Positions 26,540-40,734 of a DNA stretch of 64,000 nt are shown piece by piece. The notes beneath the pieces are model-generated. The model did no database searches and was not told where the DNA came from. It saw only the letters and a program-made list of their open reading frames with translations. The stretch's first letter is position 1. Each line of letters begins with the position of its first letter. Location of the stretch: NCBI RefSeq assembly GCF_009914755.1, contig NC_060930.1; one strand, written 5' to 3'. The DNA is from the human T2T-CHM13v2.0 reference genome, Homo sapiens. The position numbers and the translations under genes are program-made.

Positions 26540-27955
26540 GATTCTATAATACTAGTTTAAGAATCTTCCCGTGACTCAATTCTTTCTTCTAGCACAAGCT
26601 CTTTCCATCCTAGATAGACAAGCATGTTGAAATGACTGTCTTTTCCTGCTTGCTCTATTTCCTGAACCCACTTATTCATAATCCCATCACAATTTGACTT
26701 CTGCACCAAATACTATATTAGGGTCACCAATGACCTCCTCATCACAAAACCCATAGCGAATATTTCAGTCCTCATCTTTGCCTATCTTCATTGACATTTG
26801 ACATGGTTGATCTCTGTTACGAAACGATACATTTCTGGTTCCCCTTTGCTTTCCTGGCTGCTCCTTCACTATCTCTATTAAGATTGGACTTTTTCTTTCC
26901 TCCCTTAACTGCTGCTATTTGCAACATTCTTTTTAAAGCTTTGCACTCCTCACTACACTGGGCACAGCAAACAAGATCCAAGCAAATATCATAAATGTGT
27001 GAAATAGGACAGTGAAATAGTGTAGGTCATGATGTACTTTGTAGCCCGGTAGAAAGTGCATATATTGCTTAAGTATATTTAAATTCAATAAATAATAAAA
27101 AGAAACAAGAAAAAGAAAGAAGAAAAAAGTAATCTGTGGCTAAACAGAACAAATGGGCTCTGCTAGATAGATTTGCTGTTGAGTTCCTTCTAGTCTTCTT
27201 TCTGGGCTATCACATCCATTCCCATGACTTCAGTTACAATCTATACTTGCCGGTATCATTGTCAAATCTGTACCTCAAACTCTCTTTTCTGATTGAAACT
27301 CTTATCCAGCTGATGGCTGGACACTGTCATTTTGGGCTCCACGGGGAGTTATTCCCTTTTCTAACCCGCAGCCTCGCTGATCCGTCAGGCTGTCTCTAAC
27401 CACTTCACCATACATCTGGACTGCCATTCCTGTAGTCCAAGTCACCGTCTTCTCTCACCTTTTCCTTGATAACACGCCAATTGTTCTCCTAACCTAATCA
27501 TATGCTTCTTTAATCTACTTTTGATGGCCTTTGGTTTTATTTTTCTTTCATGAGGCCATGCTCTTTCACTGCTGTGTACTACCCATGTGGTTCCTTCTGC
27601 CTGAAATGCTCTCGTGATTTATTGTTCCTTCTCTTGATTTCCTGTATAAGATCGCATCTTAAATTTATTTCGTCTAGAAAATCTGAATGGATACTGACTC
27701 CCACTTACCCCCAATGCTGTTTTGCTGTTCTATGTCAGATGAGCCTGCCATGTGCTTTTTTTTTTTTTTTTTTTTTTTTAGCTCTTTTGGTGTCTCTGCC
27801 ATGCACTTATTTCATCTCCTTTCAATGACATGTTTGTGTGTTTCTCTTAGGTTCTTTGAAACTCTCAACCATGTTTATTATCTTGTTCTTAATGTAAACG
27901 CATACCACATAAAGGCTACTGTCTCTGCTGTCTCCATATTTGCTGAGTAAATAAT
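26540..27955 (-). mobile_element. LINE L2 fragments
   Basis: agggtcaccaatgacctcc, ttcagtcctcatct, catccattcccatgacttcag, gtccaagtcaccgtcttctctcacc, atatttgctgagtaaataa. Confidence 0.55.
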
Positions 27956-28589
27956 GACACAGTAATATAATTTTATTCCCATTCCTTTTAAATATTAATC
28001 CCGCGCATGCTTGTTGCTTCATCATTAAAAAGAATGTTGATATGTTATAGATTAGCAATTGTCATGGTAAAATTTCATGAAGAGGAAGGAAAATTTGGCC
28101 TGAATTTATAAGAAAGCTTTTTTTGGAGTAAATTTACTATAGACTGTGTACTCCATAGGGCTGCTATGAAGATAACATAAAATAAACTGAAAACTTCTTT
28201 AAAATTTAAACATGTTATATGAATGATAATGGTTATTATCACTATAATATACACAGTATACTCAAAAGAAGCCAAAGAAATAGAAGATAAAATCTCTAAA
28301 TAAAAAAATCCATTCTTCTTTTCAGCAGATGGGAAGCATTTCCTGTGAGCCTGTAATTGTATAAGCTGGGAGTAAAGAGGGTAAGAGACATGGTCTTTGC
28401 CTTCAACGCTTTACATCTAGGTATAATGGCTTGATCAGCTATAGCACAAGAAAATATATAAATTTAAAAATCAGAATTTTCTACTTGATCTTCTAGGCCT
28501 TTAAAAAAAGTACTATTTTATTGTATATGGTTCTACTATTGAGGTGGAGTCACATACAATAAAATGTAACAATTTTTACACTTCAGGGT

Positions 28590-29298
28590 TGGGGGGTTGC
28601 TCAAGATGGTTGCCTGGATACATTTAACACTCACCTCCTCCACTCACCTTTTGGGAGAATCAAAATAGCAAGTAGATAATCATACTTTGAGTAGATCATC
28701 TAAGAGAGAACACTGGAATCCACAGAGAAGTGCCTGGAAACACCTGAGGCAAGGAAGGAAAGCAAAGCCAGGCAGCCTGTTGGGCTGGGATTGGCTGGGA
28801 TCCCAGAGAAGCTCTCCAATGCAGGGAATGGGTAAGAGAGAGATCCCCAGTGATCCACATTCCCACCACAGACTCATGCAACCCTAGCCACAGGAGAGCC
28901 TTCGACCCTTGTGGGCCCTGAGACTAACATAGGAAGCTGCTTGGAAACTGTGCAATGGCATTGGTCCTTCCAGAGAGAGAGATCACACTGAGTCCCACAC
29001 ACCCTGTTAGTGCTAAGCAGCTACAGCCTGATGTCATTTTGAGAGTCCCTTTCAGACTGCATTGTACCCTGCGGCCCAACAGCCCCTGCATCCCCACATC
29101 TCTAGACCCCTGTTGACATCCCCCACCCACAGCTGCTGCCACTGCTGGCAGCAGATTCCAGGGCTGAAGCATGAGGCACTGGCACTCATCACACTGACCC
29201 CAGCAGCATGGTCACTGCCCATTTACCAGTGTCTTGAGGACCACCCCCCACACCTGCAGCCGCCACATGGGCCAAAGCCTACCTTCCCAGGCTCTGCA
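28590..29298 (+). mobile_element. Isolated L1 5' UTR fragment (L1M/L1PB-age)
   Basis: Starts gggggttgctcaagatgg (L1 5' YY1-type CAAGATGG box); GC-richer, with motifs of old L1 5' ends (ccctagccacaggagagcc, gccctgagactaaca). Confidence 0.7.
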
Positions 29299-29338
29299 GT
29301 CTACTCTGTCCAAAATTTATGTAGTAACTGCACTTTCT

Positions 29339-29376
29339 ATTGCTTCTCAATCTTTTGACTAAGATCAAGTGTCGTA
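29339..29376 (+). pseudogene. RNU2: 3'-truncated U2 snRNA retropseudogene (U2 nt 1 to about 38)
   Basis: ATTGCTTCTCAATCTTTTGACTAAGATCAAGTGTCGTA vs U2 5' end ATCGCTTCTCGGCCTTTTGGCTAAGATCAAGTGTAGTA (32/38); starts exactly at U2 nt 1; flanked by a 19-bp direct repeat. Confidence 0.88.
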
Positions 29377-29679
29377 ACTGCATTTTCTTTTGAATAGTGT
29401 TAGCATGGTATATCTTTCTCCATTCATTTACTTTTAATCTATATGCACCTTTATATTTAAAGTGGGCTTATGGTAGACAACATATAGTTAGGTCTTGTTT
29501 ATTTGATCCACTCTGATAATCTCTGTCTTTTAAGTGGTGCATTTAGATCAGTGACATTCAAAGTGAATACTGATATGGTTGGATTAATATCTACCATATT
29601 TGTTACTGTTTTCTGTTATTGCACTTATTTTTTGTTTCTATTTTTGTCTTCCACTTTTTAAAATCTGCCTTTTATGGTT

Positions 29680-30197
29680 TTATTTTCACTTTTATTTTTA
29701 ATTTCAGGGGTATAAATGCAGGTTTGTTACATGGGTAAACTTGGGTTAAGGGGTTTGTTGTAAAGATTGTTTCATCACCCAGGCATTAAACCTAGTACCC
29801 ATTTGTTGTTTATTTGTTGTTTTTCCTGATCCTCTCCCTCCTCCCATCCTCCACCCTCCAATAGAACCCACTGTGTGTTGTTCCCCTCTATATGTGTCCA
29901 TATGTTCTCATCATTTAGCTCCCACTTATAAATGAGAACATGCAGTATTTGGTTTTCTGTTCCTGTGTTAGTTTGCTGAGGATAATGGCCTCCAACTCCA
30001 TCCATGATTCCTGAAAAGGACATTATCTTGTTCTTTTTTGTGGCTGCATAGTATTTCCATGGTGTATATGTGCCACATTTTCTTTATCCAGTCTATCATT
30101 GATAGGCATTTAGGTTGATTCCATGTCTTTGCTATTGTGAATAGTGCTGCAATAAACATACACATGCATAAGTCTTTATAATAGAAGGATTTATATA
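29680..30197 (-). mobile_element. 5'-truncated L1PA (older subfamily) nested in L1MC
   Basis: ORF2 C-terminal remnant ([31 protein letters not shown]) plus primate L1 3' UTR. Confidence 0.9.
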
Positions 30198-31091
30198 CCT
30201 TTTATTTTAATTGACATTTTATATTATTTCACTTTTGTTTTCCTTCTTAGCATATTAAGTTGTATACCTTTTTTAAAAAAAAATTTTAGTGGTTGCCCTA
30301 GAGTTTGCAATATACATTTATAGCTGATTCAAGTCCACTTTCAGATAAGAGTGTATCATTTCATCAGTAGTATGAGTAGCTTAAAATATAATAATCCTTA
30401 TTTCTCCCTTCTGACTCTTACATCATTGTTGTCATTGGTTTGGCTTATACATAAGCATAAATAAGCACATATATACACACATATGCATATATAATTAAAT
30501 ACATTGTTGCTATTATTTTGATAAATTATTTTCTGTTAAGTCAATTAAAAATAAGAAAACTAAAAGTTTTAACTTTACCTTCATTCATTCCTATTCTGAT
30601 GCTCTTTTTTCTGTATATAAATTCAAGTTTCTGACCTATATCATTTTTCTTCTCACTAAAGAACTTATTTTAACATTTCTTGCAACATACGTCTAGTGGC
30701 ATCAAATTCTCTTAATCTTTGTTTTAGAAAGTTTTTATTTCTCCTTCACTTTTGAAGAATAATCTCTCAGGGCATGGAATTCAATGTTAGTGGGTTTTTT
30801 TTTCTCTTCAGACTTTTAATATTTCATTCCGTGCTCTTCTTGTTTGGAGGGTTTCTAATGAAAGGTCGGATGTAATTCTTATCTTTACTCCTCTGCAGGT
30901 AAGGTATAGGTAAGTTGTTTCCCACTCTGCTTCCAGCTTCTTTCAGAATTTATTCTTCATCTTTGATTTTCTGTAGTTAAAAATGGTAGGCCTCTATCTA
31001 GGATGGTTTTTTTTGGTATTTATCCTGCCTTGTGTTTTGTAAACTTCCTGGATCTGTGGTTTAATGTCTGACATTAATTTCAAGAAATTCT

Positions 31092-31113
31092 CAGTTACAT
31101 TGCTGCAAAAATT

Positions 31114-31157
<44 letters not shown>

Positions 31158-31255
31158 TTTCTTTCTTTCTTTCTTTCCTCTTCTTCTCCTTTCCTTTCCT
31201 TTCTCCTTTCTACTTTCCTTTCCTTTCCTTTCTCCTTTGCTTTCCTTTTCTCTTT
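31092..31255. repeat. (TTTC)n / pyrimidine-rich microsatellite
   Basis: Long TTTC run decaying into TTTCC-type units. Confidence 0.95.
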
Positions 31256-32646
31256 GTTATATTCCGTTCATGCACATTTTACATCTGTCGTAGCTTGCCC
31301 ACCATTCCTGGTTATTCTGTCCTTTTTTTCTTTTTCTTTTGGTCTGTTTTTTAGTTTTTTTTTCTTTTTTTCTATTTGCCTTTTAGTTTGGGACTTCATT
31401 TTTACATATCTTTAATTTTGGAGACTCTTTTCGTAGCTATGTACAGTTTTAAAAGCCCACCGAAGAAGTTCTTATTTTTGTAACAATGTTATTGATCTCT
31501 AGTATTTTTTTTGGCTCTTTCTTAGAATTATTTTTCACCTCTGCTTATATTGCCCATCTGCTCTTGTGTGCTGTCTGTTTCATCTGTTATAGCTCTTAGT
31601 ATATTAATTATAGTTATTTTAAAATCTGGATCTGATAATATCTGAGTCTGGTTCTGATGAGTGCTTTCTGCCTTTAAACTGTGTTTTATTTTATGTTATT
31701 TTATTTTTGCCTTCTAACATGTCTCACAATTTTTTCTGGATAGCCAGACATAATACACTAGGTTAGTCAGGCATGGTACAATGGGTAAAAGGAATTGCTG
31801 TAACTAGGCCTTTCTTAATGTGGTAGTAAGGTTTTTGAGGAAGGGGAAGCATTAGCAGTCCTGTGATTAAGTCTCAGTCTTTTAGTAAGCCTGTGACCCT
31901 AGACTGAACTTCACATGTGCTCTCAGTCTCCTCCTCGTTAGGTGGGACTGATGGCTAACATGGTCTGAGGTTGGATATTTCCCTTCCCCCAGGTCAGTTA
32001 GACCCCCAGCGGGTTAGGCTCTGGTTAAATCCTATCTCCTGAAAGCAGACTTTGTTAAGAAGAACACAATGCTCTGGTATATTTCAAAATACTTTCTTTT
32101 GCCCTCCTGCTGCCAGAAGCACTAGGGAATTTTTCCCTGGTATTTATTAGGAGGACCAGTTAAAGCTCCTGGAGGTAAAACTCACAAAGTGTGGGTGGCC
32201 CCTATGACTGGGTCGCCCCGGAGTTTTTAACTCTCACAGTTGTTCACACCGAGACTCTAGAAATTCACCCATTTCAGTATAGGTTTTCTTACCAGGGAAC
32301 TGGTTCCCATGGAGGTTGCCGTTGTGATTCTCTGTGTTCCCCTGCTGGTCTCTCCAATTTTGGGCTCGGTGGTTTGTGCTCTGACCTCAGTTCTCCTAGG
32401 GATCTAAGAGGAATTTGCCTTTTTTGGTTTGTTCAGCCTTATACTTGTTGTCAGGACAAAGTGACAACTTCTAAGGTTTTACATGCCAGCCTGGAAACTC
32501 TTAAGTATGCCTATAATTTTAAAAACCATTAGCATTGTGGTGCATTTTTCTGTATTTTTTCCTTGCATTTTACTTAGTTTTAAAAAATCTAATTTAGAAT
32601 TGGACAGCAGTCATATTTTGGCATAGGTTAGTAAAATAAATTTGAT

Positions 32647-32761
32647 CCTTCCTTCCTTCCTTCCTTCCTTCCTTCCTTCCTTCCTTCCTTCCCTCCCTCC
32701 CTCCCTCCCTCCCTCCTTCCCTCCTTCCTTCCCTCCCTCGCTCTCTCCCTCCCTCCCTCCC
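32647..32761. repeat. (CCTT)n(CCCT)n compound microsatellite
   Basis: Read directly from the sequence. Confidence 0.95.
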
Positions 32762-33019
32762 TGTGCTTTTGAGATTTTAAAGAAGTTATTCCTCTGGTGG
32801 TTTGGTAACTCAAGTTACCTCAAAGCCTTCTGAAATAGAGATCAATAAAGGCAAACTCTTATGTTTAAGAATAATTTTTTCAATGCTTGCATTCCGTTTT
32901 ATGACATCTGTTTATACTTGCCTCATCTAGTTAACTGACTTATGTGTGTACCAAAGTTACTTTTGAATAATTCATCTTATTGAGTCTTTGATTTTCCTTT
33001 CAGTCTGTGGAAACAGTAG

Positions 33020-33530
<511 letters not shown>

Positions 33531-34029
33531 ATCTAGTACTCATCACTAGTGCAACACACAATTCTAGATGTTTAATGTGTACTATGGATAGGACACTTCA
33601 TTTACAATATTATTTTTCTCATCTTTTTTTGTCATTCAGCACTGCAAAGGAAATCTGACCAAATTTTAATTTTTGTATTCCTGTGTAAGTGTTTTATATT
33701 TTTCTTCACTGGAACTCATGAAATTATTTTTAACCCTGTAAATAAAAATACATTGAACATTTGATGGACTAAAGATGAATTTTTCACTGATTTTGCCTAG
33801 AAATCATAGCATCTTTTTAATTCATAGACTGGTCTTTTCTTGGCTCAGATTTTTAAACATTATATGCTTGATTATTTCTTCTCTTCCAGCTTGCGTGATT
33901 TCTTCCAGTGTGCAGCCAAAATTCTGAGCACTTTTGGTTTTGCTTTTGCTTTGTATCTATCACTTTTTTTCTACATTTCTTTTGTATTTGTCATTTGTTC
34001 ATTCTTTTTATTCATTCATTCATTTGGAG

Positions 34030-34185
34030 ACAGTACAGTAAAATGCTGAAAATACGGACAGTGGAATCAAATAAACCTGAATTTGAATTCTGGTATTATC
34101 ATTTTCAAACTGTGTAATCTAAGACAAATCATTTAATCTCTTGAATCTCACTTTCTTCAAGTGTAAAATGCAGAGAATCATAGAA
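34030..34185 (+). mobile_element. MIR
   Basis: ggaatcaaataaacctgaatttgaattctgg...caaatcatttaatctcttgaatctcactttcttcaagtgtaaaatg. Confidence 0.65.
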
Positions 34186-35616
34186 ATAGAAAAGAGTTAT
34201 GTTATTTTTAGTAATTAAAATATTTAGTAATTAAAATATTCTCTATGTTTTAAAGTTATTTTCTGAATGGATACTGTTGGATATTCCCATTGCAATGATC
34301 ATTTTTAAGAACTTCATTACTGACTTTCATTGCCTACACATGCATTTGGCAACAGTACAACAACTGGCATCCATCTTTCCAACTCTTACCTCTAAAATCC
34401 ATACTTTGTTTACTACTGCAGACTGATTTGCCCAAATATTGTTTATTGGATGCCCTTTGTGCAATTAAAATGGATCTCCAGAGTAATGTGAATTCTTCTT
34501 CCTCCTTCTTTTCTATCCTTGTCTTAATTACCTAATATTAATTTTATGTTCATTTTATCTATGATGTTTCTTTACATACATCCATATCTCTGTCAGTATT
34601 TCTCCTTTTTCTAACTGAATTCAACTAACTTCTCTTCAGGAAACCATCCCAGCTCTTTCTCAGAAGTTGGTTTATATTTGTGTAACAATTAGACCTTAAT
34701 GATAGTCAATTATCTTCATATCTTTTGTATTATTGGATTGAGTTTTCGAAGATGAACAACCAAAATTGATGCATTTTTGGAATCTCCGCAGTCGTTAAAA
34801 TGGTTCTTTGAACAAACGGTCCTTGAAATGAATGAATGAATAGAGAGTATAGCTTGATATGTTTTCACTAGAGGCATTTTTGTGCATGCTGACTGTATAT
34901 GTTATCCCAACTACCCCTACCCTCTCAGAGATGATAGAGTTTGTTTTGTTTCATGGAGCACGTTGCCAAAAAGACCACTTAAGTAAAAGTCAAGACAGCA
35001 GGTTCTTGTGGCATCGTTTACTTGTGGCTTTACCTTCTTTCAATTCAGTGTAATAGCACACAAGATATCTATGTTCCACTGCTGCATCAAAATTCAGATA
35101 CTTCTTATGTTACAGCTCTAATATGTAGAAACATACCTTGAAAATAGGTGCCCCGTAAATATTTATGGAAATGGAATGTTAGTATGTGTGCAAATATTTT
35201 TTTTAAAAGAAAGACAAGAATTTAGTGATACCTGGACATTTGGTGAGGTTTTGTTCTCTTATATGGAAATAGTTGCTGGAGGATTTTTAGGGTAAGTAAA
35301 TGTCAACAACCTAATTTTAGAGATGAGGTTGAAGAAAGTGGGCCTGAGGTGGTGACTTGGTTAAGATTATACAGTTCACCAGTAGAAAGCAGGAACCAAA
35401 AGCCAGGCCTCACACCATTTGGCCTAAAGCATTTTTTATTCCATAATGCTCTGAGTTCCAAGAGGCAAACCAACAGGTGCAATGCTTTCAGCAGATAGCT
35501 ATATTTATATATGTAAACATCTTTCTTTTTGTGGGTCCACACCTTGCCTAGAGAAAACATCTTTTATTTCTCCTTAATTTTTTCAATCTGTCACTAAGGA
35601 GACATAAAAATATAAC

Positions 35617-37175
35617 TTTTTTTTCTTTAACTTTTATTTTAAGTTCCAGAGTACATGTGTAGGATGTGCAGGTTTGTTATATACGTAAATGTCTGCCATG
35701 GTTGTTTGCTGTACAAATTATCCCATCACCTAGGTATTAAGCCCAGCATCCATTAGCTGTTCTTCCCAATCCTCTCCCTCTCCCCAACCCCCTCCTCTAC
35801 GGGCCCCAGTGTGTGTTGTTCCCTTCCAAATGCCCATGTGTTATTATTTAGCTCTCACTTATAAGTGAGAACATGCAGTGTTTGGTTTTCTGTTCCTGCC
35901 TTAGTTTGCTGAGGATAATGGCTTCCAACTACATCCATGCTCCTGCAGAGAACATGACCTTGTTCATTTTTATGGCTGCTTAGTATTCTATGGTGTATGT
36001 GTACCACATTTTCTTTATCCAGTCTATCATTGATGGACATTGAGGTTGATCCCATATCTGTGCTATTGTGAATACTGCTGCAATGAACATACACAGGTAT
36101 GTGTCTTTATAATAGGAGGATTTATATTCCTTTGGGTATATACCCAGTAATGTGATTGGTGGGTCAAATGGTATTTCTACCTCTAGGTCTTTGAGGAATT
36201 GCCAAAATGTCTCTCACAATGGTTGAACTAATTTATGCTCCCACCAACACGGTAAAAGCATTCCTTTGTCTCTGCAACCTCACTAGCATCTGTTTTTTTT
36301 TTTTTTTTGACGTTTTAATAATGGCCATTCTGACTGGTATGAGATGGTATCTCATTGTGGTTTTGAGATTGCATGTCTCTAATGATCAGTGATGTTGAGC
36401 TTTTTTCATATGTTTGTTGGCTGTATGTATGTCTTCTTTGAGAAATATCTATTCATGTCCTTTGCCCGCTTTTTAATGGGATTGTTTGTTTTTTTCTTGA
36501 AAATTTGTTTAAGTTCCTTGTAGACTCTGGATATTAAACCTTTGTCAGGTGGACAGATTGCAAAAATTTTCTCCCATTTTGTAGGTTGTCTGTTCACTCT
36601 GACGATAGTTTCTTTTGCACTACAGAAACTCTTTAGTTTTAATTAGACCCCATTTGTCAATTTTTGCTTTTGTTGCCATTGCTTTTGTTGTTTTCATCAT
36701 GAAATCTTTGCCCATGCCTATGTCCTGAGTGGCATAGCCTCGATTTTCTTCTAGGGTTTTTACAGTTTTGGAATTTACATTTAAGTCTTTAATCCATCTT
36801 GAGTGAATTTTTGTATATAGTGTAAGGAAGGGGCCCAGTTTCAATTTTCCGCCTCTGGCTAGCCAGCACTCCCAGCACCATTTATTAAATAGGGAATCCT
36901 TTCCCCATTACTTGTTTTTGTCAAGTTTGTCAAAGATCAGATGGTTGTAGTTCTGTAGTCTTATTTCTGAGTTCTCTATTATATTCTATTGGTCTAGGTT
37001 GCTCTTCTTGTACCAGTACCATGCTGTTTTGGTTATCATAGCCTTGTAGTATAGTTTGAAGTTGGGTAGTGTGATGCCTCCAGCTTTGTTCTTTTTGCTT
37101 AGGATTGTCTTGGATATTCAGGCTCTTTTTTGGTTCCATAGAAATTTTAAAATAGTTTTCTTCTAATTCTGTGAG
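35617..37175 (-). mobile_element. 5'-truncated L1PA (about L1PA8-10), ~1.55 kb
   Basis: Disrupted ORF2 pieces ([12 protein letters not shown]..., [22 protein letters not shown]...) plus primate 3' UTR and poly(T). Confidence 0.93.
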
Positions 37176-39904
37176 TAGAACTTTTTATTTTTTCAATCCA
37201 GAATGTTTTCTCAATGTCTCCAGTTTGACTCAGCCATACATTATTATTATGGAATGAATAATTAGTGTGTCAGTATAGATTTCTTGTTGTGGCAAAGGTT
37301 CTTTTACAATCAGAATGAAAAAAGTAGCCTCCTGTTAATCTTGGTGGGGAGGAAGTTATACAGGTGCATATAAGTAGGTTTAGATACTGCAGAAGGGGGC
37401 AACTCACTCTTTCTTGCTCAGCTACTGAGAGAACATATTAAGGAGGCATTTTAGAGGTAAGCTGCTTCTAGCTATGTAAGAGCAGAACTGGAGGCAGGAA
37501 AGACTTCTGATTTTTGTTTTTAACATGGCTGCAGTGACACTGATTATACTAGAGAAATCATCTGAAATTCAACAGATGGAACAGAATGGTATTTGCTTCT
37601 GGCAGAGAAAGTTTCTTCCTACACTACTTGCCTGGAACCACAATCACAACAAAACCAAGCCATCAAGAATGGTGGAGATTCTTGGTTGTAACAGGCTTTT
37701 GCTAGAAGACTGTAGCCCTGGTATTTTGTAGGGATGTGTATGGTGCTTGGAGAGCAATAACAGCAAAAACAAACAAACAAACAAAGAAACAAACAAACGA
37801 AACGGAAACCTCTAAAACACACAGACAAGACATTCTAGTTTTCTTTCCATAATCAAGCCTGAACTCCTGGAATGACTAAGATATTGAAGTAATCATAGGA
37901 AGGGGATGAAGACATTCTTATGATGAGGGAGAAGTAGATTTATTATTGAAATAAGAAATAAGACAAGTGGTATTATTCTGTTCACCAAACTGGTAAAGAT
38001 GTACTTCTTTTGGATCTTGTGGGGAGGTTCATATTAATGAGTTCTATTGTAAATTGGGGTCAAGATATTCTGTATATTTTACTGTTAGCTTTGAACTATT
38101 TTGAATAATATCCTGAGAGAAAATAGAACGAGGTAGGATTTATTTGCACCTTCTCATCATAATTACAAATATCTCTTTTATCCATTTGTTTTGATATTTT
38201 TAAAATGTGAGTGCATTACTTTCTTTGTACCAAGTACTGCTTATAACAGATTTGGGAATTCTGAATTCTTCTGAAGTTAAGGATTATTTACATCAACATT
38301 ATTGTTTATGTCCATTATTGTGATATCTTCATGAACTTTAAGTAATTTTTAAAAAAACACCTCTTTTCCAAAATATTCATTTAGCTTTTCACATAAACTT
38401 AGAGGTGATGGTTACATAAATGAAGCCAAATCTCAGTAGTAATCTGTACTAAATGGTGTTATGTGTTTGGGCTGTGTGCTGCGGATTTCTTCCAGGGAAG
38501 AATTGGAAATGTATTACGTACCTCATCAAAAAATTATTGAAGAAAGTAAATACAGGTTTTTGAGAGACTGGGAAGAGAATGAATAGGAAGATATTAATTA
38601 TTGAGTGAGAATTGTTCATTAGTGAGTCATTGTCAGTAACATGAAAAAAGATAAGGAAATTAAGAAATACAGGAAGTATTCAGGAGAAGATGGGCAGCAA
38701 TACTTGCTAAATCAGAAATGGAGATAATAAAAATGGCATGACCTCAACTTGAAGGTGACAAATAGCCCTGACTCCCCCTCAAAAATACTGTTGCATCCAA
38801 GAAGCAAAGTCTTATAACTCGATCTTTAGATAAAAAATTTTGCTATTTTTCCATGAATAGAGACCATACAAATGATCTTGCAACTTTCATTTTTTTGAGA
38901 TTTCTTTGGCTTGATATTTTCCAAACTTACATACAGTTTCTTAATATGGGGTTAGTGCAAAATTGAGATATAGAGCAATGTGCCCAGGTTTAGAGGTTTT
39001 CTTTAAATAGTCATTTTTAATTAAGACTGTTCATTTTATAAATTCATACTTTTTTAAATCAAACCAACTGAAATATTTTCAATGGCATAATAATGTCTTT
39101 TTGATGCAATTTAATCTTCATGTCTCTTCTCACATAATACATATCTGAAGTTGATATGATAAGTCTGACATTTTCAGGAGATAACTTTGTTTTATTATTG
39201 GGAAATCTTTCCTGACAACTTAATTAAAAATGCTTACTAACTTAAGTTCTTTTAATGATTTTAGATTTTTTTGCACACAACGTTCCATGTCAAAATATGC
39301 TTTCAAATCTGCTGCTTTGATAGTGAGAAGATTCTCTTTTCGATCATCATAACACACCTTCACATGAATCTTTGGTAAAAAGTCAGTTTTACCTGGAGGC
39401 TGTCTCATTTCTCTAAAATTATTCTCCTACTCAATTTCTTTCCAGTTGGCAAAGGAAATTAAAAAAAATCACTATATCCCTAAGGATTGATTACACTGAC
39501 TAAAATTTTGTCAGTATCTAAGCTATAAGATATGAATAGCTAAATTTAAAATGACATTTTGCATCTAAAACTTCATTTTTACATTAAAAACGTGCATATG
39601 AGATTCAAATGGGATTTTTGATACTTATTTTTGCTGTATATTTTCCTTGGGAAACTATAAGCTCCTCTTGGGATTAACTTAATTATATGCCCCTTGTGGT
39701 CTGTGAAAAATAATTTGAGTTTTTCTTGCATATGTGAATTTAAATGCCAGTAGGAATAAATGATTGGCCTTAAAATATTGATTCTCTGAGCAGATATTTG
39801 GAGAAAATATACCTCACATTGCACTGGATGGATCTGGCTCTGTAAATGGAAGATAAATAGAAGAGGGAGCCATAAATTTTCCACTCTTAAAATCCATAGA
39901 AGCC

Positions 39905-40253
<349 letters not shown>

Positions 40254-40534
40254 CTATTCTTTAACTAAAATTCTACACATCATACAAATATTTACACATA
40301 AGAATTAACAGGGAACCCTTCCAAGGGTAACTTCTAGGAGCTTAAAGACTCAATGTTTCAAGGAGAGATTACTAGTCTTCTGTCTAACCTGCAGATACAG
40401 CAACTACTACATCCAAGATTAGGGCACGCACATCTAAAGAGATCCTCAGCATGTTGGGAGACATAAAGTATTAGTAAGATTCTTGGACTTGGAGCCAGAG
40501 AATGAGATTTGGGAGGGCAGAACTTGAAATGCTT

Positions 40535-40713
40535 TATGTTTTCTACAGAAAAAACCAGCAGCATTAACTTCATTTAGAAATTTGTTAGAAGTTTAGATTC
40601 TCAGGTGCCGTCCTAGATCTACTGAATCAACATCTTTGGGACTGAAGCTCAGAAATGTGTTTTAATAAACACTCAAGGTGATTACAATACATTATAAACT
40701 TTGGGAACCACTG
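40535..40713. mobile_element. MER5A (hAT-Charlie DNA transposon relic)
   Basis: accagcagcatt..agaaatttgttagaa..agattctcagg..ctactgaatca..tttgggaaccactg. Confidence 0.75.
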
Positions 40714-40734
40714 TTTCAGAGAAGATAAGTTGTT

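Larger units (their letters stand above)
29299..32500 (-). mobile_element. Old L1 (L1MC/L1M4-type): 5' UTR, ORF1 and ORF2 start, with nested insertions
   Basis: Antisense ORF2-start motifs (tagtgttagcatggtatatc, gtagacaacatatagttaggtcttg), ORF1 and a 5' region homologous to 18330-19790. Confidence 0.8.

Noticed and set aside
31064-32833. Low-complexity ORFs (FLSF, PSFL, EGRK repeats)
   Set aside because: Translations of microsatellites.
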